Source of the DNA: an uncultured virus (IMG/VR IMGVR_UViG_3300022926_000008)
Taxonomy: Duplodnaviria; Heunggongvirae; Uroviricota; Caudoviricetes
Strand: one strand, 5' to 3'
DNA: 64,000 nucleotides
Virus record (IMG/VR): IMGVR_UViG_3300022926_000008
Positions 9,688 through 18,174 of the stretch are shown piece after piece. Both the position numbers and the translations under genes were made by a program. Each line of letters begins with the position of its first letter. The first letter of the stretch is position 1. Under the pieces are notes generated by a model. The model did no database searches. It saw only the letters and a list, made by a program, of their open reading frames with translations, and was not told the DNA's origin.

Positions 9688-10284
9688 ATGAAGATAAACC
9701 AGATTGAAAACTTCACCCTGTTGCCATATATTAACAAAGTTATTAACCAATATTCTCATAAGCTGATTCATGTAGATGAGCGTCCTGGATTTTATGAAGA
9801 TGTCCATACTAGTAGAGAAATTTTAAGGCCAGTCCCAATTGAAAATAAAGATGATATTAGATTTGAAGGCCACGAAACTGATAGTGAAAAAGAAGCTATC
9901 TTTATTTTGGATAATTGGATTTATCTTGCTAAAAAAGAAATTGAGAAACATTATGGTGTAGGACCGCTAAACAAATTTGAAGGTGGCATGGTTAAGCTTG
10001 TTAAGGGGTCTTTTAATGGCCCACACTCAGATATGTATAACATGGATGGCACAAGATATGATGGCGATGGCAGAGGCGATAGCCTAGAGTATTCTGCACT
10101 GCTATACCTATCGGAGTACGGGGTTGACTTTACTGGCGGCGAGCTATACTTTCCAAATCAAGATTTTACCGTTGAGCCACAAAGAGGCAAGTTGGTATTC
10201 TTTCAGGGAGATCTTGAACACATTCACGAAGTTAAAGAAGTTACCAGTGGGGAAAGATATGCCCTGGTAATGTTTTTTGGCTAA
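9688..10284 (+). CDS. Fe(II)/2OG oxygenase
   Basis: PHSD...DFTGGELYFP...HEVKEVTSGERY. Confidence 0.9.
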   Translation: MKINQIENFTLLPYINKVINQYSHKLIHVDERPGFYEDVHTSREILRPVPIENKDDIRFEGHETDSEKEAIFILDNWIYLAKKEIEKHYGVGPLNKFEGGMVKLVKGSFNGPHSDMYNMDGTRYDGDGRGDSLEYSALLYLSEYGVDFTGGELYFPNQDFTVEPQRGKLVFFQGDLEHIHEVKEVTSGERYALVMFFG

Positions 10285-11126
10285 TCTCTTATCCAGTAAT
10301 TTCTGGGTATATAGTTGATGAGTTTGTCATAGGCGTGTGTTGGTGATCCAGACTTCCACTTTTCTATATCATATTTTATTAGTTTCAGCAAAAAGTCAGC
10401 ACTTTCAGAGTGACCTTCTTTAAGCATCATCCAGGATCCAGCATAGTGTATAAAGTATGAAGAGTGTCGCGACTCCCTTAGAGGCTCGTCCATAAAAGAC
10501 ATTCTGTTAAACAAATAGGGCAGCTCAAATATTGGCAAGCTGTTTGTAAAAATATTAATATTTATTCCTGTTTGTTCATAAAAGTTATCATCATAAAAAT
10601 TGCTAGAGGATTTGAGCATTGCTTCGTGCCCCCTAGACATTACAAAAACACCAGTGTTATAATACTTTCCGCTCCACTTGCTGATGTCCACATTGTACTT
10701 TTTGCACCAATCTTTTATTAGGCCAGCCCTATCGTCTTTGTGAAAAAAATTTTCTTCGCTAAAGATTCCAATTTTATCATTTGGCACCATGTCAAATAGA
10801 TTCGGGGCATCGTCTCTAATAATAATGTCTGTATCAATGTGGAGTATTCTCTCATAATTCTCCAGTAGCTCCACTATGTTAAGTTTATTATATGCACCAA
10901 ATGATGGCTGCGTAAAGTCTCCACTAGTTTTTTTAACTACTGGTTGGTTAGACAAAAGTTTTGATGTAGAGCCATCTGGGTGGTGAATATAGTACTGCTC
11001 ATGATCATAGACAATGTAATCTAAGCCATGCCTAAGAGCATAGGACATCTGTGTTGGATGTGTTAGTTTGGCCATATTGCCATGTCTTTTTCCAATTAAG
11101 ACGGTAACGATAGCATTTTTGACCAT
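10281..11126 (-). CDS. GT-A fold glycosyltransferase, GT8-like
   Basis: YNKL...ILHIDTDII (DxD)...YYNTGVFV...EQTGIN...IHYAG. Start reassigned to MVKNAIVTV, downstream of minus-strand TGGTATAAT. Confidence 0.82.
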   Translation of the reverse strand: MVKNAIVTVLIGKRHGNMAKLTHPTQMSYALRHGLDYIVYDHEQYYIHHPDGSTSKLLSNQPVVKKTSGDFTQPSFGAYNKLNIVELLENYERILHIDTDIIIRDDAPNLFDMVPNDKIGIFSEENFFHKDDRAGLIKDWCKKYNVDISKWSGKYYNTGVFVMSRGHEAMLKSSSNFYDDNFYEQTGININIFTNSLPIFELPYLFNRMSFMDEPLRESRHSSYFIHYAGSWMMLKEGHSESADFLLKLIKYDIEKWKSGSPTHAYDKLINYIPRNYWIRD

Positions 11127-11135
11127 AGTTTCTAC

Positions 11136-11162
11136 ATTATACCAGAGACTTTGTGGTAAAAT
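11136..11162. promoter_or_regulatory. Divergent extended -10 promoters for the glycosyltransferase and the PPHF protein
   Basis: Minus TGGTATAAT (11144-11136); plus TGGTAAAAT (11154-11162) + 6 nt + ATG 11169. Confidence 0.7.
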
Positions 11163-11168
11163 TATTAT

Positions 11169-12578
11169 ATGGCTTACCATCTCCGCTACCGAGGCATTGC
11201 TGATTCCTATAGGCCAACTCAGGCTATCGGCGGAACTGTTGTTACCGCTATGGTAGACAATGTCTTGCACAACGTTCACTATTTTACATCTAGCGGCACC
11301 TTTGAGGTAACCCTGCCTGGCTCTGCTGATCAAGAAATTAAGTATCTTGTTATAGGTGGAGGAGGATCTGGTGGAGATGCAGATAACGAAACCGAGGCGG
11401 GAGCGGGCGGAGGAGCTGGAGGTTTTCGATCTGGCACTATTACCCTACCAACTGATTCATCTTCTGTATCAATTTCCGTAATTGTTGGAGCAGGTGGCCA
11501 GCCAAGCACATCGGCATCATGTAATGTGGGTGTTAGTGGTGCTGCATCTTCGATTACCTCCTCAGAGCTTTCTCTTAGCATTGCAGCTGCGGGCGGCGGC
11601 GGTGGCGGAAATGGTCAGGGTGGGGCAGGGCTTGATGGAGGCTCTGGTGGTGGATCAAATTTCCGAACAACTACTGTTGGGCAAGGAAATGTTCCAGCAA
11701 CTAATCCAGCCCAAGGTTACAATGGTGCCATAGGCACTGGAAATATCGGAGGTGGAGGCGGTGGTGCTGGTGCCGCAGCCAGTGGCCAATCGGGCGGCAT
11801 AGGGGCATCTTCTAGCATAGGAGGGCCATCAGCTACCTACGCTATTGGCGGTGACGGTGGCGACTTTAATACTAGCGTCTCTCCAAATTTTGGAATATAC
11901 GGTTTCTCCCCAGCTGAATTTGGATCTGGTGGAGGCGGTGCTGGTGCACGTGCCGAAAAGGCTGGATTTGCAGACCAAGCAATGAATCCAGGAATTGTAG
12001 GTCAAAATGGTGTTGTTATTTTTGCATACCCAATCTCCCCAACGACAGGATTTTCTAACCCACAAGTTCCAGACAAGCCAGCTAAACCAACGGCTACTCC
12101 AAACATTCTTTTTGACACGGTAAAGTGGTCAGCAGTTAATGATAATGGATCTCAAATTATTGAGTACGGCTGGGAGGCCAGCGATGGAAACGAGGGGACA
12201 ACTACTTCCCTCGGTGTAACCGTGCCACAAGTTGAAAACACATCTCAGACGTATAGGGTTAGAGCACGTAACTCAGTAGGATGGGGCCCATGGTCGGACG
12301 ACTCTTCTCAAGTTACTACCGTTGCACCGTTCTTCCCGTTCTTCCCGTTCTTCCCACACTTCCCACCCCACTTCCCCCCGCACTTCCCCCCACACTTTCC
12401 TCCACACTTCCCTCCACACTTCCCACCGCATTTCCCGCCACACTTTCCTCCACATTTCCCTCCACATTTCCCTCCACATTTCCCACCTCACTTCCCACCA
12501 AGATTTAGCTATTCTCCAAGATTCTACAGGCACACTTTTGGAAAAAAGGTAGAAGGCCAAGAGGAACAAGATGGCTAA
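11169..12578 (+). CDS. Gly-rich + fibronectin type III + (PPHF)n protein, putative virion surface protein
   Basis: YLVIGGGGSGG...GAGGGAGG Gly-rich domain; FN3 (VKWSAVNDNGSQI...YRVRARNSVGWGPWS); (PFF)3-PHF-(PPHF)11-PPRF; PRFYRHTFGKK tail. Confidence 0.8.
   Translation: MAYHLRYRGIADSYRPTQAIGGTVVTAMVDNVLHNVHYFTSSGTFEVTLPGSADQEIKYLVIGGGGSGGDADNETEAGAGGGAGGFRSGTITLPTDSSSVSISVIVGAGGQPSTSASCNVGVSGAASSITSSELSLSIAAAGGGGGGNGQGGAGLDGGSGGGSNFRTTTVGQGNVPATNPAQGYNGAIGTGNIGGGGGGAGAAASGQSGGIGASSSIGGPSATYAIGGDGGDFNTSVSPNFGIYGFSPAEFGSGGGGAGARAEKAGFADQAMNPGIVGQNGVVIFAYPISPTTGFSNPQVPDKPAKPTATPNILFDTVKWSAVNDNGSQIIEYGWEASDGNEGTTTSLGVTVPQVENTSQTYRVRARNSVGWGPWSDDSSQVTTVAPFFPFFPFFPHFPPHFPPHFPPHFPPHFPPHFPPHFPPHFPPHFPPHFPPHFPPHFPPRFSYSPRFYRHTFGKKVEGQEEQDG
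12327..12506 (+). repeat. Coding tandem repeat (PFF)3-PHF-(PPHF)11-PPRF
   Basis: 9-bp then 12-bp units with synonymous third-position variation. Confidence 0.95.
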
Positions 12579-15500
12579 GCCGCTAAACCTTTATGCAACT
12601 AAAGTTTTTGGAGAGCACCCAATTTCAATGTGGGCATTGGATGAGCAGGTTGGGTATATTAGACTTACCTCAGAAGCAGATCAGAATTTGGCCAACTGGA
12701 ATGTTTCGGGGGCAACAATAGTAAACGCCAGAGACTCCCTGGCCTTTTCTGAAGTGCCTTCGTCATTCCCATTTGATGAAGAGTATGCTAGCGGAATTGT
12801 TGAAGCTGCTGGCAACGGGGGCCTGATCACAATAGAAGCATCAGATGTAATTTCAGATAGCAAGATTGATCTAGGACTAGGGTCTATTGCAATTGGTTTT
12901 TATGCTTTTACTTACGACAGAACTGTCCAGGCAAGGATTGGATTTGCTTATGTGAATTCAGAAACCCAAGAAGATGTAGAGTTAATTAGGCTTGTAAATA
13001 TTCCAGCCAATAGGGCCTGGGCTTTTGTAGCAGAAACGATCCCGCTTCCCCCAAACGTCTCGCAAATAAAACCAATTATTGAATTTTTCTATACAGAGAC
13101 AGAGCTGTCTTATGAAATTGCTATTAATGGCATTAGTATCGGTCAATGGTCAGAAGAGTTCCATACGGAGTCTTTGGGGGTTACAGCAATAGACCTACCA
13201 TCGGATATTCCAATTGATGCAAAGGCTGTTGAGGCCCGCCCCTATGGTCTTCAGGGTAGATCTGGTTATTACCTAGCATCCGAAACAAATCTTTATGCAA
13301 AAAATTCTGGTGTGCCACTTGTCTTTGGCTCTGATAATTGTACAAGAATTACCCCAAATGAAAATGGCAAACCATCTCTAATAGTTCCTGGCGAAGGCTT
13401 TTTGAACAATTCTGGTAAATATAAGCCACTAACCTTAGAGTTCTGGGCAAATATCCACTCAAATGCTATAGAGCCTTATAGGATTTTTGGCCCAATAGGA
13501 TCCGATGATGGTATTTATGTGGACAAGCATCTTTTAAAACTAAAAGTTGGAGATTACGTTGGATCACATTCAGTAAAAGAGTGGGGCAGGCCAATGCTAC
13601 TTTCTATCAGGCTAAGGTATAACTTTGCCTCACTTCTTATAAACGGAGAAGAGGTTATCTCCCTAGAGCTTGACCAAAACCTAGTCTCCTATCCCGACGA
13701 GTTCGCTGACGGCAATAGTATGGACTGGCTTGGTTTTTATGCATATGACGATGTGCCAATAGTTCAAATTGAAGCGGTAGCAGTTTATCCATATGAGGTT
13801 CCAGCAATTGTACAAAAACGCAGATTTGTATATGGTCAAGGAGTTGACTTCCCGCTATCGCTGCAGGGCCTAGACAATAGTACAGTTGTGTCGGTAGACT
13901 ACTCTATGTCTAACTACGATAAAAATGTACTATATCCACAGACTAATCGGTGGTCATCTGGGTATTCAGATAATCTACAGGTTTCTACATCGTCTCTATC
14001 TCTGCCTTCTTACACAAGCCCAGATTTATATTTAAGCTCTAAAACATATAACGAGTGGGTAGAGGCTAATACTGATAACTTTAGTGAGTTAGATAAATAC
14101 TTTAGCCTAAGACCCAACAGTGATTGGTCCGACGAAGGTGCATATTTATATTTTGATAACCTGGGCTTTTTGAAAGAGTCTATGTCAGCATTTTATGCAG
14201 TGTTTGAAACTCCTTCCGACAACATGTCTAAGCAAATGCTATTAAGATTTAAAAATGATCTAAGTAACTCTTCATTAGATATTTATTTAAAAGATTCAAA
14301 AATATTTTATAGTCTGTCCTATCTTAATGATGAAAACCAAACAGTCGAGGATATTTTTTATGAAGCATCTGGAAATATTGTTGGAGATAGGTTTTTAGTT
14401 GGCATAGATATTTCAGCAGCCTCAGAGTCTTTTTCTTCAGAAGTTTCTACATTTTTACAAACAATCCAATCCGCAAAACTTTACATTGGCGGAAACGAAA
14501 GCTTTAGCAATACCTTTAGTGGCAAGATCTTGCGTGTTGGTTTCTGTGGCACAAGAAATCTACAAAAAGCAATTAATCTTTTTAATGAACTTGGCGTTCC
14601 GACAGACTATTCTGACGGACAGATAGCTTCTTCTAATAAAGAAACCCATATTGCTACCTATACGCTAGTAGCCACTAGGCCAATCTCAAAGTTTATGTTA
14701 GATGTCGCTGTAGATTCATATTGGGAAGACTATCTTCCGCTTAGTTACTTTGGTTCCTATGTAGAAGATTACCAGGGGAACAAGCTCTTTGCTCTTGACT
14801 TTCTGCAGTTTAACGTCGATTACATAAAACTAAGTAGGTTCGCTGAAGACTCGTATGATACCTCTGGCTTACCAATTAAAACATATGTATCTTTTCAATA
14901 CCTTGCTGACGGGGCCAATGCCGATCCTAATTATTTTACAAAAACATTACCATTATCTAAAACAAGTGTGGTGTCTCCTGGAGAAGACTGGCTAACTACA
15001 AGATATGAAGTGCTGAATGACTCAGTGATTAAGCTACCTATCGGAGCATCAATTAATAGCTTGGCTATTGTTATTTCTATGGAATTTCAGTCTGGCGGCG
15101 TAGCATCAGATAATCTATCTATCACATCTCTTGAACTAGCTTCTCAAGCACTAGGCCAGTCTCCTAATAAAATTAATACAAGGTTTGGCACACCAATTAT
15201 TCCATTTAGAAAATCAGGCCAATATTTTGAGTATAAAAATGTAGATCCATACACAATTCAAAAAAGGCAGCAGCCATATTTATATTTAACAAAAAATAGT
15301 GGGGTTAGAATGAGGGGCGAGTATTCTGCCTCAGATAGAAATGGGTTAAGCATACCAATTAATTCTACAAAGTCTAGCTTTTTTAGGGTTAATATGTTTC
15401 AGTTATTTATGAGGTATTCAGAAGAGGATTTTGCAACAGCACCAAAGCATTTATTTGAAATACAATCTGGAGAATCTCTTATTCAATTTTTCTTAGTAGC

Positions 15501-16071
15501 AGACTCTAATACCAGACAAAGGGGGCAGATTTATGCAATTGATCAGTCCACTAGTAGACTAGTCTCTGGAGTCGTTTATCATATAGATGGTAAGGTAGTA
15601 AAGCGTCCAATACTAAATCTTAATGCTTGGACGGCTCTCTCCGTATCCTTTAATGAACCGCTATCCTTCGACTACTATCCTGGTGCATTAAGAATTACTA
15701 GCCCTACTTTGTTTAATCACATTTCGTATTATCAAACTACTCAGCTAGACGAAGTTCAACGATTTGCATACCGTAAGTGGTCGGCAGTTAGGTCTGGAAT
15801 TGATAACCCACTAGATTGGAGCTATTGGTCTGGAAAGGATCAGACACTAGAGGGGGAGGTATACGAGGTTTCTGATGGATTTAGTTGGCAAGAAGTTCTG
15901 TTTTTGGCAGAGACAGATCCAACAGTTCCAGATGCAGCAAATGTCTATCGTCAATATACTGGAACAGCCAGCGTAATTGTAGACTCAGAGTCTAGCCTTA
16001 GGCTATCTGGCTACGAATCTTCTGTCCTAAAAGATATTTCTTGGTCCACTTCTTCCAGTACTCCAGTATAA
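12571..16071 (+). CDS. Large hypothetical protein, probable virion structural protein
   Basis: 1166-aa ORF rich in aromatic and beta-strand-like segments, upstream of the portal; no catalytic motif recognised. Confidence 0.5.
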   Translation: MAKPLNLYATKVFGEHPISMWALDEQVGYIRLTSEADQNLANWNVSGATIVNARDSLAFSEVPSSFPFDEEYASGIVEAAGNGGLITIEASDVISDSKIDLGLGSIAIGFYAFTYDRTVQARIGFAYVNSETQEDVELIRLVNIPANRAWAFVAETIPLPPNVSQIKPIIEFFYTETELSYEIAINGISIGQWSEEFHTESLGVTAIDLPSDIPIDAKAVEARPYGLQGRSGYYLASETNLYAKNSGVPLVFGSDNCTRITPNENGKPSLIVPGEGFLNNSGKYKPLTLEFWANIHSNAIEPYRIFGPIGSDDGIYVDKHLLKLKVGDYVGSHSVKEWGRPMLLSIRLRYNFASLLINGEEVISLELDQNLVSYPDEFADGNSMDWLGFYAYDDVPIVQIEAVAVYPYEVPAIVQKRRFVYGQGVDFPLSLQGLDNSTVVSVDYSMSNYDKNVLYPQTNRWSSGYSDNLQVSTSSLSLPSYTSPDLYLSSKTYNEWVEANTDNFSELDKYFSLRPNSDWSDEGAYLYFDNLGFLKESMSAFYAVFETPSDNMSKQMLLRFKNDLSNSSLDIYLKDSKIFYSLSYLNDENQTVEDIFYEASGNIVGDRFLVGIDISAASESFSSEVSTFLQTIQSAKLYIGGNESFSNTFSGKILRVGFCGTRNLQKAINLFNELGVPTDYSDGQIASSNKETHIATYTLVATRPISKFMLDVAVDSYWEDYLPLSYFGSYVEDYQGNKLFALDFLQFNVDYIKLSRFAEDSYDTSGLPIKTYVSFQYLADGANADPNYFTKTLPLSKTSVVSPGEDWLTTRYEVLNDSVIKLPIGASINSLAIVISMEFQSGGVASDNLSITSLELASQALGQSPNKINTRFGTPIIPFRKSGQYFEYKNVDPYTIQKRQQPYLYLTKNSGVRMRGEYSASDRNGLSIPINSTKSSFFRVNMFQLFMRYSEEDFATAPKHLFEIQSGESLIQFFLVADSNTRQRGQIYAIDQSTSRLVSGVVYHIDGKVVKRPILNLNAWTALSVSFNEPLSFDYYPGALRITSPTLFNHISYYQTTQLDEVQRFAYRKWSAVRSGIDNPLDWSYWSGKDQTLEGEVYEVSDGFSWQEVLFLAETDPTVPDAANVYRQYTGTASVIVDSESSLRLSGYESSVLKDISWSTSSSTPV

Positions 16072-16089
16072 TGTGGTATACTAGTGGCT

Positions 16090-16470
16090 ATGGAAAACAA
16101 AAAACCACGCTTTCCTGGTCAAGTCGGTGACACGAAGGTCCAGGTTATAGAAGAAAACTTCTCTAATTTTGGAACTTACGTATGGCACAAGGCCAACGGA
16201 AAAGCATTTACTGACGGAAATGGAAATGCCCTGTCTATCGAAGCCATGAAGGGCGACCTTACTAGAGTTCAAGAACTAGAAAATGCTGCTAGATATTGGG
16301 GGTGCCCAGAAGGAACCGCAAAGTTCTACCCAAACATGCGTAAGATCTCTGAAGAAGAGCACAGCGAGCAGCTTGACAGAATGAATCAGGGCCTTATTCC
16401 AAGCATGAATGACCTTGGTGCAGTTATTGCAGCTAAGAATACTCTAGAAGCTTACGGAGACGAGGGATAA
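16090..16470 (+). CDS. Hypothetical protein
   Basis: TGGTATACT + 7 nt + ATG; TAATG-coupled to the portal. Confidence 0.6.
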   Translation: MENKKPRFPGQVGDTKVQVIEENFSNFGTYVWHKANGKAFTDGNGNALSIEAMKGDLTRVQELENAARYWGCPEGTAKFYPNMRKISEEEHSEQLDRMNQGLIPSMNDLGAVIAAKNTLEAYGDEG

Positions 16471-18110
16471 TGGCAGAGCAGTGGACAGTGGGAGCCCGAA
16501 TCGATGACATTGTGGACACACCAGATGTTTTTAAAAACCAGGACCCATTTAACAAATCGTGGGACGATATTAAAGGCCTCAATGGTTTAGACACAAACTT
16601 TAAGCGTAGGGCTACTAGGCTTGCCAAAAATATGGCGTACGGCTACGAGACAAGAACAGACAACTCTCTGGCAAACGACCCCAGCCAGCAATACATGAGC
16701 AGTGCTCTTGCTGTGGCATCTGGCCTAGATGATGCAAAGTCTAAAGAAATTAATCCAGGGCAGGTCTTCCGTAATGGCTACGGCATGTTTGACGTAATTA
16801 CACCTCCCTGGAATCTATATGAGCTTGCTAACTACTACGACACTTCTTTTGCTAACCACGCAGCTATCGATGCCAAGGTTGAAAATATTGTGGGCCTGGG
16901 CTACGACCTTGAAATTTCTCCAAGAACAATGGCAAGGCTAGAGTCTAATGGAGATAAGGCTGCAGTAGAAAGAGCAAGAAACAGAATTGAACGACTAAAG
17001 ATCGAGATGCGAGACTGGCTTGAAAACTTAAATGACGAAGAGTCTTTTACCCACACCTTGACTAAGTTTTACACAGATGTGCAGGCAACTGGAAATGGCT
17101 ATCTTGAAATTGGTAGAACTACTAAGGGCAAGATTGGTTATATTGGACACATTCCAGCAACGACAATGCGTGCTCGTAGACTTCGAGATGGCTATGTCCA
17201 GATTATTGGCAACAAGGTTGTTTACTTCCGAAACTTCGGGGCAACGAACAAGAACCCAATTACAACTGACCCAAGGCCTAATGAAATTGTTCACTATAAA
17301 GAATACTCACCACTAAATACATTTTATGGTGTACCAGATATCATGTCTGCTATTACATCGCTTCACGGAGATCAGCTAGCATCTCAGTACAACATTGACT
17401 ACTTTGGAAACAAGGGTGTCCCACGATATGTAGTAACTCTTAAGGGGGCACAGCTGTCAGCTGACGCAGAAGACAAGATGTTTAGGTTCTTGCAGAGCAG
17501 CCTTAAGGGGCAGAACCACCGCACTCTATATATCCCACTACCTGGAGATAGCGATAATAGCAAGGTAGAGTTTAAGATGGAGCCAATTGAAAATGGAGTT
17601 CAGGAGGCATCATTCAAAGAGTATCGTAAACAAAACCGAGACGACATTCTGATTGCTCACCAAGTTCCGCTATCAAAAATTGGTGGCGGGGATACAACCT
17701 CTATCGCTAATGCTCTATCTCAGGATAGGACATTTAAAGAGCAGGTATCTAGACCAGCACAAAATAACCTAGCTAAGATGATTAACAAAATCATTAAAGA
17801 AGAAACAGATGTCTTAGAGTTTAAGTTTAATGAGCTAACTCTAACAGATGAAATTGCACAGTCGCAAATTCTTGAGCGTTACGTTAAGAACCAGATTATG
17901 GTTCCTAATGAGGCAAGAGAAGCATTGGGATTGCCGCAAAGACCAGATGGCGATGACCCATTTGTAATGTCCCCAAGACAGGCAACTGACGCAAGGGCAA
18001 ACTCAGCAGGTAACAGACAGAGAGATGCCGAGAGAGCAAACAATCAGTCTGATAGCCCAGCAACTATCTCTGGCAGAAATGCACAGGGAGAGGGAAGATC
18101 ATCTAGTTAA
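16470..18110 (+). CDS. Portal protein
   Basis: ITPPWNL, HAAIDAKVENIVGLGY, TGNGYLEI, YSPLNTFYGVPD, NEAREALGLP; located before the protease and capsid genes. Confidence 0.9.
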   Translation: MAEQWTVGARIDDIVDTPDVFKNQDPFNKSWDDIKGLNGLDTNFKRRATRLAKNMAYGYETRTDNSLANDPSQQYMSSALAVASGLDDAKSKEINPGQVFRNGYGMFDVITPPWNLYELANYYDTSFANHAAIDAKVENIVGLGYDLEISPRTMARLESNGDKAAVERARNRIERLKIEMRDWLENLNDEESFTHTLTKFYTDVQATGNGYLEIGRTTKGKIGYIGHIPATTMRARRLRDGYVQIIGNKVVYFRNFGATNKNPITTDPRPNEIVHYKEYSPLNTFYGVPDIMSAITSLHGDQLASQYNIDYFGNKGVPRYVVTLKGAQLSADAEDKMFRFLQSSLKGQNHRTLYIPLPGDSDNSKVEFKMEPIENGVQEASFKEYRKQNRDDILIAHQVPLSKIGGGDTTSIANALSQDRTFKEQVSRPAQNNLAKMINKIIKEETDVLEFKFNELTLTDEIAQSQILERYVKNQIMVPNEAREALGLPQRPDGDDPFVMSPRQATDARANSAGNRQRDAERANNQSDSPATISGRNAQGEGRSSS

Positions 18111-18174
18111 CGAAAACTTTAATTATATCGTTTTTTTAACAATTTGATAAAAAGTATTGTATAATGGATCTAGT

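Noticed and set aside
222..10284. Oxygenases as TET/JBP or AlkB DNA-modifying enzymes
   Set aside because: Motifs fit the prolyl-hydroxylase-like clan and no methylase or base-modification genes are adjacent. Not experimentally excluded.
11127..11333. N-terminal 69-aa extension of the glycosyltransferase in the ORF track
   Set aside because: Overlaps the divergent gene and the promoters; ATG 11126 is better supported.
12273..12569. Alternative-frame ORFs over the PPHF tract (WREM, PTLP, HTSL, GSVE repeats)
   Set aside because: Shadows of a stop-free 12-bp repeat; only the PPHF frame is invariant.
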